From the NCBI GenBank assembly GCA_964016885.1, contig OZ024740.1, positions 260,214,001 to 260,278,000 on the forward strand: a stretch of 64,000 nt of DNA. The letters run 5' to 3'. The notes under the pieces were generated by a model. It did not search any database and had not been told where the DNA came from. It saw nothing but the letters and a program-made list of their open reading frames with translations. Below, in pieces: positions 26,264-39,760 of this stretch. Numbering within the stretch: the first letter of the stretch is position 1; each line of letters opens with the position of its first letter. Source of the stretch: Eledone cirrhosa. Lineage: Eukaryota. A program made the position numbers and the translations under genes.

Positions 26264-28669
26264 ACAGTTCTAATAATAACAGGGTGTATAAACCCACTGA
26301 ACTGAAAAAGGTGGGCATATACATCTGATACTTATATAACTTATTGAGGCAGTCCTAATTATGAAAGTTGGTACTCTCAGGTCTCAAATAATCACCTCCA
26401 AGAGTACTTATACAGCTTACAATGCTTTCAGTGTCTGACAGAATTGTTGATTCTAAAGGGCAACATATCAATAACTTCAAAATTAAATAAATCAGAAAAT
26501 TGCATTATTTGAAAAAATAAAAATAAAAGAAATAAAACCAAATGATTTAGAAAAAGACAAATTCTGAGTAAATTTTGTTGTTATAAATTAAAAATTGGAT
26601 TAACCTTTTTGATAAACTTCTAGAAATCATCGAATTAATAAACAAAACAAATAAATGACCCTAACTTTGTTTTAAAGTGTTTCAATTTATCTAAATACCT
26701 CTTATAATTTTATATAAGAGCCTTTGTTATTCCAAACAATAGTTAGTTATATTATTAAAGTTATAGTATTAAATTCTTGAGTGTTTTCAAAATTATGCCA
26801 AAATTACAGGCAGTGTATTTCAGTACAAATATGGTAGTGAAAAGGTTAAAATATTTCTATTTATCTAAAAACCTTCCATCATAATTTTATGTAAGAACTT
26901 TTGTAAAGTTATGTTCCAAATACTAGTTTAATAATGAGAACATCACTTATATTACTAAATCCCTTCAAATTTTAGATTATTTTCAAAATTATTTGAAAAT
27001 CATAAGTAGAGTCTTTCATTAGAAATTCTTGTAATAGTTGCAGGAATATGATGGTATTAACAGAGAGATTACTATTAATGCTAGGTGATTCAACAAAACA
27101 ACATTTTTTTACCTGTCTAATTCTTACCTGGGAATTTCATTAACTATGATTGGAAACGAAAATCTTCTTCATCAAGAAAATATTGGTTGTTGATGTATGT
27201 TAAATTTTACTTTTTATAATTAATCTGCAAATAAAAGTAAAGAAAATACTAATGAATGTTTCTAATTACTTTAGATCTTAAAATAATTTTTCTATTTAAT
27301 AAAGTTGAGCCTTCTGATAAACTTTTCTTCTCCTTCACACCAAGGAAACCGAGATAGGCACCAGCCTGATGAACCTTTAGATTAGAACAAACTTTAGCTA
27401 AATGTAAACAGTGCAATGGTAGTGAGATGTGTAGTGAATGTAGAGGAGATTTGAAGGTTTGAAAGAAATGGAGTGAGCATACTCTGTTGTCTGTAAATAA
27501 GTAAATAGGAGCATCAAACACCTAAATCTGAATGAAGATACATCTAGAACAAACACAAAATAATCACTGATGTCCCTATACATAAATAATACAATTATTA
27601 AAACAAAGCCAACAATAAACAAAACACCCAGTGATTAAGACCATCAAATGCCAAACTTGTAACTAATACACTTACTAAAAAATACAAACTAAATGTCTAT
27701 ACTAGATCCAAGACATCATCCATAACTCCCATGTATAAATGTTAGGGTGCATCAACAGTGAAGCACAGAGTTGTTGGAAAAAAACAAAACAAACTTCATG
27801 GACTCCAAAATTGACCATGGTAGAATTTGAACACAGAATTGCAGAGAGCCACAACAAATACCAGTAGGCATTTAATCTTATACCATAGCGACTCTGCCAA
27901 TTCACCACCTCTAACTTGCACAATACACAACCGACCCTTTATTTATCTTTGCTCCAAACCAAGATTGTCCTTTAACCCTTCTGATATTAATCTCACCTAA
28001 ATTACTTCTGGTTCTATGAAATAAAACCAACCATTTTAGAGGGATTCTACTTTATTTGTTGCAGGGAAACTTTACAGTAAGTTCTGGAATTCCTTGTTTG
28101 TAGGTGTGTCCTACAATGGAGAGAAAGTCAGTAGTGGTTTTACTCTCACAGTATGTCTGGTCAACACAAGTGAAGTTACCCTACTTTGAGATTTACCCAA
28201 ACTAGACCTGCCATGCTAGTCCTATTTCCACTTATGTGATGTCCCACACTCTTATGCCTCCAGCACCATGATGTCACTGACCCTTAGGCTTCCAGCAAGG
28301 CTCCTTCCGGTTCAACATTATTAAAACCTTCCATCATAATTTGATATAATAATCCATGTTACAAATACCATCTTGATAATGAAATTATTAATAATCTTAA
28401 TAAATCCATCTAAATTGTGTATTAATTAATTGAAATTCAGTGAATTTTATTAAAAATATGGGCAATGAAAAGGTTAAAATTTTTCCAACCCACTAACCTG
28501 GACTGGAACTACATTTATTAACCTCAAAAGGATGAAAGACAAAATTGACTTCAACAGGATTTGAACTCAGAGTGTAAGGAGCTGAAACAAATACTACAAA
28601 GTTCCAATACTTTAATGACTCTGCCAATTTACTTCCAAATTTATGTAATCATTTGAATAACCTCGCCAG

Positions 28670-29110
28670 AGGAGTTGTTACAGATCACACCTATGTAGTT
28701 TAGTAACCTCGTACGGTATTGCAGGAGGTTTTTTAGGTGTTTTTGTGATAGGGACCACAGTTGTATTGTGTGGGTGTTTTGTTTTGTTAACAGCTCACAC
28801 CTATGTTGGTTTAGCTGATCTCAAAGGAGGTTTCTTAGGTGTTTCCATGATAGGGGTCATATCATGTGTGTATGCGGTGTGAATTGTTGCTACAGCTCAC
28901 ATCTATGTAGTTTAGCTGGCCTTCTACAAAGTTGCATCTCATAGGAGGTTTCTTATGTGTTTTAATGATAGGGCCTCAGTTGTATCGTATGTGTGTTTTG
29001 CTGTTGTTACAGCTCATAGCTATGTGGGTTAGCTGGTCTTGTTATAGCATCTCATAGGAAGTTTCTTAGGTGTTTTAATAATAGGAGCCCCAGTCCTATC
29101 ATCCTCCAGA
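28670..29110. repeat. About 4 tandem degenerate copies (about 110 bp) of the SINE (ACA)n-type tail segment
   Basis: Repeated acagctcacacctatgtagtttagctg...ggaggtttcttaggtgttttaatgataggg, also seen at 14905-14990. Confidence 0.65.
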
Positions 29111-29279
29111 TGATAGGACTTGAATTTATCCTCAGTATATGACTGGTATATTTTGTTATCAAGTTCATAGAAATAACATATATTTAACTTATTCAACGTA
29201 TAGATAAAGTGAAACTGAACACTAAGGTATTTAGCCCAATTTTCATTGGTTTGCATCAGCTTGTTAGCCTAAATATAAT

Positions 29280-29315
29280 AGTACAATCACTACTACTACC
29301 ACTACACCCACCACC

Positions 29316-29353
<38 letters not shown>

Positions 29354-29565
29354 CATCACCACTACTACAACCAATATTACTGCTAGTGTCCCCGTTACTA
29401 CTACCAACACCACCACAACCATCACTACTAACACTACAGCCATCAACATTACCACAAATAATACTACTATTACCACTTCCACCATCACCACTACTACTTC
29501 TGATACTATTACTACTACTACCACTACAAGTATCTTAAATATTACAGCTACTGCCATCTAACCTT
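29280..29565. repeat. (CTA/CCA)n low-complexity tract
   Basis: Directly visible trinucleotide repeats. Confidence 0.9.
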
Positions 29566-30114
29566 ACTATATAAATCATAACCCCAGATAACCATCCCTA
29601 GGGAAACCAGTACACAGTCCCTACTAAAGAGATTATTTGGAAACATGTCCTCCCTCTACAACAAAGGGGTCCAGCAGATATTATCAACCTGGGGCCTGGT
29701 ATTGCAGACCTAAAATATAACTCTGTGTTATGTTTATATGCCTGTCTAGCAGCAGTCAACCATGCATACCAGTCTCCCCTCTCCACATTACTGATGTTAT
29801 CCAAGGGATAGGCAGATACAACTTGGAACCAATGACATTGCAACTCATTTCTATAGAAAACTGGAGCAACATGAAATAAAGTATCTTGCTCAAGTGCACA
29901 AAGCATCACATAATCTGGGAATCAAACTCACAATCTCATGATTGTAAACCCAATGCTCTAACCATTAAGCCATGTATCTTCATATTGGAAAAGACCAATA
30001 CTTGAAGAATCTGCAAACTCATCAGGGGAGTTATTCTTCAGGTCTAAGAGATTATATTGATCATTATAATGTATAATTTCATGATCAATATAACCTCTTA
30101 GAATTGAAGAATAA

Positions 30115-30171
30115 TTCCCCTGATGAGTTTGCAGATTATTCAAATATTGCAAATGAAACCATGGTAAGGAG
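30115..30171 (+). ncRNA. Type-I hammerhead ribozyme in a fold-back cassette (arms 29996-30064 and 30081-30149)
   Basis: UUCCC-CUGAUGA(30120-26)-GUUUGCA...UGCAAAU-GAAA(30155-58)-CCAUGG-UA-AGGAG; 7-bp stem II, palindromic stem III, GUA triplet, one stem I mismatch. Confidence 0.75.
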
Positions 30172-30259
30172 ATCGATATATAGAAGACTAAAATTCTTTT
30201 TGGTCTGTTTGGCTTACACTCCCATAAATAGAGTTTCTTTCACTTAAATTTAATATGTA

Positions 30260-31273
30260 ATATGTAAGACTAAAGGAGAATAGGGCACAGGCACCATCTG
30301 GGAAATGGCCATGCTCAGTGTGTAGGTAGAAATTTCATTCTATGCCCCAAATGCAAACTATGGATACATATATGTGGCCCACTTGATATTATCTCCTTCA
30401 ACTGCCCAGATGGAACTATAAAAATAGTAGACACTTTCTGTTACCTGGGTGATAAAATCAGCAGTGGAGGAGGGTGTTTTGTAAGTACAGTATCCAGAGT
30501 TAGAATGGGATGGAAAAAGTTCAGAGAGCTAATAATACTGGTGGCCACAAAGGGTGTTGCTCTAAAAATGAAAGGCAGATTGTATGAGCTTGTATATGAA
30601 CGGTGATATTACATGGTAGTGAGACCTGGGCGTTGTGTGCAGAAGACTTGCGTAAATTAGAAAGAAACGAAGCTGCATGATCCGAAGGATGTGTAATAGT
30701 AATGTACGTGAACAGCAAAGCATAAATGAATTGAGAGAGAGAGACTAAGCATAAGAGGTATCAAATGTGTGGGGGAGAGGAGATTGCATTAGTATGGACA
30801 TGTGATGTGTATGAAGGACAACAGCTGTATAAAAAAGTGCAGAGCGATCAAAATTGATGGCAGCTATGGAGTGGGTAGACCAAGAAAAACCTGGGACGAG
30901 GTGATAAAAACTGACCTTGCTCACTTGCACCTCTTTAAGACAATGACACTGGATCGAGATCTTTGGCGCCATGCAGGTGTACAGAAGACTCCATCCTCCC
31001 ACTTCTGTTCACTGTAAAGTGGTCATGTAGGTGACACAACAAAAAGCACCCAGTCCACACTGTTAAGTGGTCATGTAGGAGACATGGTAAAAAGACTCCC
31101 AGTCCACACTGTAAATGTGGTTGGTGTTAGGAAGGGCATCCAGCTGTAGAAAATCTGCCAGAGACACTTCCGTACAAGCGAGACACGGTCTCCTGACCAA
31201 TCTCGCCTTAAGTGGGACAAAACCGTCCAGCCCATCCTAGCATGGAAAATGGACATTAAATGATGATGATGAT
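30260..31273 (+). mobile_element. Degenerate 5'-truncated RTE copy
   Basis: Partial PHD region (GKWPCSVCR), FCYLGD and GRPRKTW; stops and frameshifts; (GAT)n tail followed by (TA)n. Confidence 0.85.
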
Positions 31274-31298
31274 ATATATATATATATGTATGTCTGCA

Positions 31299-31337
<39 letters not shown>

Positions 31338-31356
31338 AGGCCTTTCTTCACTTAAA

Positions 31357-31532
31357 AAGTTTCAAGAACAGGAACATGCATCACTTGATCTAAAAATCTT
31401 TCAGGTGTGTTGTATGAGCAGCGCTGGCCATAGTTGAAAGAGACTAAAGAGTCTCTTTCGGCTATGGCCAGCGCTGCTCATACAACACACCTGAAAGATT
31501 TTTAGATCAAGTGATGCCTGTTCTTGAAACTT
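31357..31532. repeat. Near-perfect hairpin, arms of about 85 bp, 4-nt loop
   Basis: 31357-31445 is the reverse complement of 31450-31532. Confidence 0.85.
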
Positions 31533-31815
31533 GAAACGTTATCCATGTCGGTATGTAGGTATGTTGCATATAGGAAAGTATGCACGTATGTATGTGCATA
31601 TGCATATATATATGTATGTGTGTGTATATGCATGTACGTATGTAAATATGTATGTATGTAAATATGTATGTACATTTGTGAATATGTATATATGCATGTA
31701 TGTATGTATGAATGCATGTATGTATGAATGTATGTATGTTTATGTGTATGTATGTATGAATGTATGTTTATGTGTATGTATGTATGAATGTATGTTTATG
31801 TGTATGTATGTATGT

Positions 31816-32350
31816 CTCATGGTCGGGTCGTTGGCGACTAAACTGGCAACCCCACCAAGGCTTCTTGGTGAGGAGGGTGACTTTGGACATCCTGCAGGAC
31901 TAAAAACAAAACCTGTCAAAGGGCCATCCAAAATCACCGGGAGAGATGACCCCTTAGCCTTTGTCAAGGCAGAATTCTAGGAGAAGGAAAACTCTGATAT
32001 AACACCTGCAACTCTGATGGTATCCAATGAAGTTGACTTGTTCTTCTTTTTGGTAAATATCATCTTGGTTAAGAGAGTGGGACTGGCTTTGTGCAGTGCC
32101 TTTGCTCACTATAAAAGCTTCATGGCACAGGCATTGCTTTATATCTGGAGATCTCTCTGCACTTGTCGTCACATGGTGCCATGGGCCCAGCACTATGTGT
32201 CAATTATTGTCACAAGTGTAGTGTTTGTACCAGAGTTTTCAAGTCGCTGGCTGGACTAAAAAGTCACACTCGTTCAGCGCATCGGTAGGGGTTCTCCTAC
32301 ATGGATATAAAGTAGTGGCCGTACTCGAAAACGAATTGGCAGCCACCATG
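31816..32350 (+). mobile_element. Internally deleted RTE-like element (5' UTR-like part joined to C2H2 3' end) in (TATG)n
   Basis: 3' part encodes HKCSVCTRVFKSLAGLKSHTRSAHR*; 5' part has ggagaaggaaaactctga, resembling RTE 5' UTRs; (TATG)n on both sides. Confidence 0.5.
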
Positions 32351-32589
32351 TATGTAAATTTGTGAATATGTGTATATGCATGTATGTATGTTTATGTGTA
32401 TGTATGTATGTATGTATGTATGTATGTATGTATGTATGTATGTATGTATGTATGTATGTTTATGTGTGTATGTATGAATGAATGTGTGTTTATGTGTATG
32501 TATGTATGTATGTATGTATGAATGTATGTATGTATGAATGTATGTTTATGTGTATGTATGTATGAATGTATGTATGAATGTATGTTTAT

Positions 32590-33150
32590 ATGTTTTCTCT
32601 TTCTCTTAATTTCGAGTATATTTTTTTGACCGGCCACCTTCCTGGTGGCAAGGTTGTAAAAGAAAAGAAATTGTCATCCCTTGAATCGCAAGAATGTTTT
32701 GCATATTTTGAAGGTGCCAGCTATCGCAGCCATTTGTAGACTATGAATTAGGGAGCTGCGCTTTTTGTCCGCAAATCCAAGTTCGGTCATACTTTGGTCC
32801 AAGCGGGTTGGTATATAACCCGTAGCACCAATAATGATGGGTATGAAGCTAAAGGTGTATCTTGGATACTGGATTTGTAAGCTCCTCATCAATGGTCCGT
32901 AGATGTCCTCCTTCTCCTGTATTTTTCTGACAACGTTTACATCAAGTGGGCAGCTGATCTCCACAACAGAACACGTTTTCAATGTGTGGTCCCAAACTAC
33001 AATATCAGGCCGGTTGTGCTTTAATTTGGTGGCAGTTTTTATTTTCAGGTTCCACCAGTATTCCTTAGTGCCATCTGTCTCAATATATTCTTCCTCGTTT
33101 GTTGTTAATTTTGTTTTCCGAAGTGCGTTCCAGATAGTTCTAGCTATCCT
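32590..33150 (-). mobile_element. R4/Dong-like non-LTR retrotransposon 3' end with restriction-like endonuclease
   Basis: EYWWNLKIKTATKLKHNRPDIVVWD...VVEISCP...EKEDIY...IPIIIGATG...LQMAAIAGTFKICKTFL*; embedded in (TATG)n. Confidence 0.8.
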
Positions 33151-33513
33151 GTGTATGTATGAATGTATGTATGTTTATGTGTATGTATGTATGTATGTTT
33201 ATGTGTATGTATGAATGTATGTATGTTTATATGTATGTATGTATGAATGTATGTTTGTGTATGTATGTGTATGTATGTATGAATGTATGTATGTTTATAT
33301 GTATGTATGTATGAATGTATGTATGAATGTATGTATGTTTATATGTTTATGTATGTATGTTTATATGTATGTATATATGAATGTATGTATGTTTATATGT
33401 ATGTATGAATGTATGTATGTATGTTTATGTGTATGTATGTATGTATGTATGTATGTTTATATGTATGAATGTATGAATGTATGAATGTATGTATGCATGT
33501 TTATGTGTATGTT

Positions 33514-33545
<32 letters not shown>

Positions 33546-33929
33546 TGTATGTATGTATGTATGTACACATGCTCTCCTGACATATAAACTTTACATCACC
33601 ACAGCACACATCATTTTTATCTGAATAGATGAGAATAGCTATTTGATAAATATATATGTATATGTATATGTATATGTGTGTGTGTGTTTCATGTGTATGT
33701 GTGTTTTGCAGTGTGGGAATGAGAAAGATAGAGGAACAGCCCATGGTGGGATCCTTTAAAGGTTATTGATGTCTGTGCCAGAAACATGAGCAAACCAATT
33801 TGATATTCATTGCATTTCTTTACTGTATTCTATCACAGACACACACAAACACACACATGTGTGTGTTTGTGTGTGTGTATACATGAACATATTTATCAAT
33901 AAAGAAACACACACACACACACACACATA

Positions 33930-34000
<71 letters not shown>

Positions 34001-34055
34001 GTATATATATATGTATATATATATATGTATATATATATATGTATATATGTATATA

Positions 34056-34107
<52 letters not shown>

Positions 34108-34462
34108 AATTACAAGAGTCATATGACAATGACTTTGTACTACATTTGTTTTTGAAATTGAAATCTTCCTCTCTACCCATCAAAGAATGTTGACAAGACA
34201 GTGAATAATCAAAGGACCAGCTATCAATAGCTACCTACCTATGTATTGATGTATCTTTGGACAGTCTGTCTGTCTGTCCATCTCTCTACCTACCTATGTA
34301 TCTAGTTGCCTGTTAGACTCTCTGTCTGTTGCTTGTTAGACTCTCTCTCTGTTGCCTGTCTGTCTATTTACATCTGTCTATTAATTTTATATCTGTATCT
34401 ACCTATCTGCCTTTCCATCTATCTGTCTGACTATCAATCTAGTTATTTATTTATGTACATTA

Positions 34463-34529
<67 letters not shown>

Positions 34530-34729
34530 ACAGGGAAAACAGATGTTAAATGAGGATAATGATGGCTATGATTATGAGGACCATGCACTATTGCACCTCA
34601 CACAGGATTGTGATCTCTGGTGTTATGCAGTACTGCAGAAAACCCACCTTCCCATGTGCACAGTTTCAAGCAAGTTTTGAAGCACCCAGTCTATATTGCG
34701 AATGTGGTTGGCATTAGGAAGGACAGGTA

Positions 34730-35475
34730 ACATGACAAAAGGCTGCCAGGCCACACTGTAAAGTGATCGTGTTGGTGCCAGTGCCCAGTTCATACTGTAA
34801 AGTGGTCATGATGGTAACATGACATAAAACACCCAGTCCACACTGTAAAGTGGTTGTATTAGTGACTGCACATAAAGCAGCCAGTCAACACTATAAAGTG
34901 GCCATGCTGGTGTCACAACAAAAAACACCCAGGCCACACTGTAAAGTGGTTGTATTGGTGACTGCACATAAAGCAGCCAGTCAACACTATAAAGTGGCCA
35001 TGCTGGTGTCACAACAAAAAGCAGCCAGTCCACACTGTAAAGTGGTTGTATTGGTGACTGCACATAAAGCAGCCAGTCAACACTATAAAGTGGCCATGCT
35101 GGTGTCACAACAAAAAACACCCAGGCCACACTGTAAAGTGGTTGTTTTGGTGACTGCACATAAAGCAGCCAGTCAACACTATAAAGTGGCCATGCTAGTG
35201 TCACAACAAAAAGCAGCCAGTCCACACTGTAAAGTGGTTGTATTGGTGACTGCACATAAAGCAGCCAGTCAACACTATAAAGTGGCCATGCTGGTGTCAC
35301 AACAAAAAGCAGCCAGTCAACACTATAAAGTGGCCATGCTAGTGTCACAACAAAAAACACCCAGGCCACACTGTAAAGTGGTTGTATTGGTGACTGCACA
35401 TAAAGCAGCCAGTCAACACTATAAAGTGGCCTTGCTGGTGTCACAACAAAAAGCACCCAGTCCACACTGTAAATG
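34730..35475 (+). repeat. Tandem array of 48-bp units (96-bp A/B dimer) inside an RTE 3' UTR remnant (about 34600-35632)
   Basis: 32-aa periodicity in both strand ORFs; the unit aaaagcagccagtcaacactataaagtgg matches the repeat found 2-3 times in RTE 3' UTRs; RTE tail follows. Confidence 0.85.
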
Positions 35476-37089
35476 TGGTTGACATTAGGAAGGGTATCCA
35501 GCTATAGAAACCAAGCCAGAAACAGTTATGTATGAGCAAGACATGGTCACCTGGCTTGACTTGTCTCACAACTGGACAACTCGTCTAACCCATGCTAGCA
35601 TGGAAAAATTGACATTAAATAGCGATGATGATGAGATATATATGTGTGTGTATGTGAGTATGTATTTCTATACTTTGTGTGTATATGTGTGATGTACATG
35701 CTGTTAACATACATGTTCTACAGATGTATAAATGCTTAAAACATTTGCCTACTTATGCATATGTTGTCATCATCATCATCATCATCATTATCATTTAATT
35801 CCATTTCGATTGGCTGGCATGGGTTGGACAAATTGTCACAGACTAAATCAGTAAGTGATTGAAGCTACTGTCCATCCAGATAAACAGTGGGTGTGGCATG
35901 TCTCATATGTTCAGGTTTTGGCATGTTTTCCACAACTGTATGCCTTCCTGGCATGTGGCTTAGTGGTTCAGGTATTCGGCTTACAATTGTAAGATCAAGT
36001 GTTTGATTCCTGGCAGTATGTTGTGTCCTTGAGCAAGATACTTTATTTCATGTTGCTTCAGTCAACACAGCTAGCAAAAATGAGTTATACCATAATTTGA
36101 AGGGAAAGCCTAATCACATTCTGTCTCATGCTGAATATCTCCGAGAACTACATCAAAGGTATACATACCTGTGGAATGCTCAGCCACTTGCACTTTCATT
36201 TCATGAGCAGGCTGTTCTGTTGATTGCAGCCAAAACTTGTTGAAATCACAATCATCTTAAAGAAAAAGGATGAGCACATTTCAAAATGTAGTCCTAGATA
36301 CATCTGAATAAAAAAAAAGGGGGTGGGGGTCTTTTGTTGAAATACCTTTGAGCATAGCTATATCTGCTCTATCAGGACTGCATGCATGGTCCCGTAACTC
36401 CTGATGGAGTCAAAGGGGCACCGTATTGACATACAGTGTTTCTTGGGTATTTTAAGTCTTGTGGAGCCCATCTCCTCTCCAGGTCTGAACACAGCAGATT
36501 TCTTCCAGAGAAGGATAGAGAGAGTGAAAGAATGAAAGTGAGAAACAGATATAGAGGAAGAATTGACCCCAGTACTTGACTGGTATTTTTTTTTTTATTG
36601 GCCTTTAAAGGATGAAAGACAAAGTTGACCTTTGAGGGATTTGAACTCGGAGAGCGGAGAGTTAAAACGAACACTGCAAAGCATTCTATCTGACAGTTCT
36701 GCCTTCTATCAGGATTGACCTAGGGATAAATAACAACACACAACAACAATATGTGTACTGTAAGACAAACCTTATAAGGTCATGTACCAGGAGATATTTA
36801 TAGACTGTTATCCACCACCCCACCAAAAAAAAAATACCAGTCTGAAATATGACACAAGGTGACCTCAAGCCAAAATTATTTGACCTTTGCCAGCCCTGAG
36901 CTGTTTGCTGCATACAGACAAATATTTATCTTGATTTTTGAAAATCAGGTTAGCAAACTGTTGTTTAACTACTGTGTGTGTAAGTATATATATATATATA
37001 TATATACACACGAGTGTATGTATATATGTATGTATGTATATATGGTATATATGTATGTGTGTGGGTGTGTATGTGTGCATGTGAGATAC

Positions 37090-37122
<33 letters not shown>

Positions 37123-37132
37123 CATGTACACT

Positions 37133-37212
<80 letters not shown>

Positions 37213-38479
37213 AGTGTGTGTGTATACATATACATATCATCATCATCTATACCCTCCCCCCATTTACTACTGTATGTTACTGCTGCTGTTGTTTTCTTAT
37301 TGTTTAGCCCCAAATCAGCCCTTATCAAAACCATTCCAGCCATGACAGTTAAAACAATATATGGAATAACCCTTTCACTCCCACATAACTAATGAAAGAG
37401 GCTATATATAATTTTCATATAATTTTGAAAATAATGAAGAATTTGGAAGAGTTTATTTATATAACTAACTTTCTCATTGTTTAGTTAGGGTTTGGAATGT
37501 AACTTTACACAGGCTCTTACATAAAATTATCATTGAAGGATTTTTAATTAGATATATTTTATTTATTCATCTAATCAATTTAAACGTACGTGTAGAGCTA
37601 GTAAGCCATGACTGACTAGGGAAGGATCTAGTACTTCTTATAGTTGAGAAATAAAAACAAGATAGTCAGAGATAAGTGAATATAAAAACAAAATTGTATT
37701 AAAAAAAATAAAATGAAATGAAATAAAATAAGATAATAAATTTAAATTGCCTACTGGAAGCAAAATAAAAACTTTGAAACCATTAGCTTTTCTATTATAG
37801 AACCAAAGGTGGTTTCAGGCAGTTTTGTATCAAATGACAGTAGGGTGAGATTTGAGGACAATTTAGATGGTATTGTGGATTGGCAGTATCAGTAGAGGGT
37901 CGGACACTATGTTTTGACGCATAGAGTTATGGCCCTTGCCATTCTCAGTTCGAATCCCGCCAAGGTTAACTTTGCCTTTCGTCCTTACGAGGTCGATAAA
38001 ATAAAGTACCAGTAATGCACTGAGTAATTGCTGGCCTTGTGCCAAAAAGTAGAAACAATTATTAGTACGGGTGGTGGTTTGGCAGCATCGGTAGAGCATC
38101 GGACATCATGCTTTGCAGCATAGAGTTATGGCCCTTTACATTCTGAGTTCAAATCCGCCAAGGTTAACTTTGACTTTAATCGTTGATAAAATAAAGCACC
38201 AGTAATGTACTGGGGTTGATTTAATCGACTTTCCCCTCCCCCAAAATTGCTGGTCTTGTGACTATATAAGAAACCATTATTAGTGGATGGAGTAACCTCA
38301 TACAAGTTTACTCATTGGCTTACATGTGTGTGCCTATGGACCCGATTGTATACAGCTACCTACTCCCACATGGACCAGAGTATGATTTGATAGACTCTCT
38401 AGATTGTTGGTTATGTGATTCTATTTAACCTTTTCTCTTTAAATTTTTTGTATGGAACTTTTAGTCTAGTGCTCCATGC

Positions 38480-39200
38480 TACAGCCAGACATCTCTCCTC
38501 ACTGACCTCGACCAGCACCACCTTGCATGGTTTTACTTGGCTTCGAAACCCTACAGCAGTGTCTTACCTTTCTTTTTGACTAGCACACAGCTGGATAATG
38601 ATAGCCCACGAATTGGGGTTTCCCTGAGGCTTGGCCTTCGGATCTGTGAGCCACACAAATGTCTCTGAAGATCCACTGTAGACCCTTTCCGCTTCCATCC
38701 GCTTTCCAGTCTCTACAGTGCCAGTCGCCTGTCATGCCATGCTGCTCTCAACAAGGTCATTAAAGCATGGCTTGAATGCTGCAGGCTTCCCCTCCTAGCT
38801 CCAGCCGGCGGGGCTGGATCAAGGGGACAGCAAAAGGCCAGACAGCATGACTATCTTCCTGTTCTGTGATGGTAAACCCCTCATCTGGGATGCCACATGC
38901 AGTGACACATTCTCCAGTGGTAACCTGGTGCAGTCTGTGACTAACCCAGGCTCTGCTGCACTTCGGGCCTGGGAAGGTAGACTCTCCAAATATTGGTCGC
39001 TCTCTGACAGGTTTGCGGTCGAGTCTGTAGCAGTGTAGACTTCTGGTGTGCTTGGCCCTAGAGCCACCTCCCTACTCACCACCATCAGCACACAGTTGTG
39101 AGCCTTACAAGCTGGAATGGTTCTTCTAGCGCGTCTCTCTCATCATCCTCCAGGGAAACGCCTTCTCTATTCTGTACACCGGGGCCACCGCATGCCCCCC
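38480..39200 (+). mobile_element. Degenerate RLE-type (CRE-like) non-LTR retrotransposon 3' fragment
   Basis: LRICEPHKC...HAALN...GLDQGDSKRPDSMTIF...GKPLIWDATCSDTF...RVSLIILQGNAFSIL, with stops. Confidence 0.7.
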
Positions 39201-39398
39201 CCCCCATTTGCTCATAATAGTGAGAGATGGGGAGAGTGGGAGAGACGGAGGCAGTGACAGTGGGAGTTTGGTTCCTTTGTGTTCGAACCTGGTGTATATG
39301 TATATATTAATGATATTTAGCACACCACATGTTACATACACAAACATGAATTACTTTATATATATATATATTTATATATATATATATATGTATATATG

Positions 39399-39444
<46 letters not shown>

Positions 39445-39449
39445 AATCA

Positions 39450-39760
39450 GTATACACTGAGGATGAAAAACTCAGAGCTGTATGGGAGCCTCCCAAAAGT
39501 CAGCTCAAAAGTGACACAGAGGAGACCGAGGTTAGCTGGACATGCTCACCGACATCCAGAGTTGACATTGCACTCAGTGCTCCTGTGGTAGCCCCTACAT
39601 GGACACACTGGAAGAGGAAGACCAAGGTTAACGTATGTTGATGCCCTAAGGACAGACACTAGTCTGTTGGAGACGCAGGACATGGCAGCGATAATGAGGG
39701 ACAGAGACCGCTGGAGAGAACTCGTCCATGGATCTCGGGAATTTTACCCGCCCTAGATAG
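39450..39760 (+). mobile_element. 3' fragment of an RTE/RTE-X-like LINE
   Basis: ELYGSLPKVSSKV..RR.RLAGHAHRH...VLLW*P.HG...RGRPRLTYVD.L..DT...MRDRDRWR; starts at (TA)n. Confidence 0.7.

Noticed and set aside
34806-35482. 219-aa and 210-aa repetitive ORFs as real proteins
   Set aside because: By-product of a stop-free 48/96-bp tandem repeat derived from a LINE UTR.
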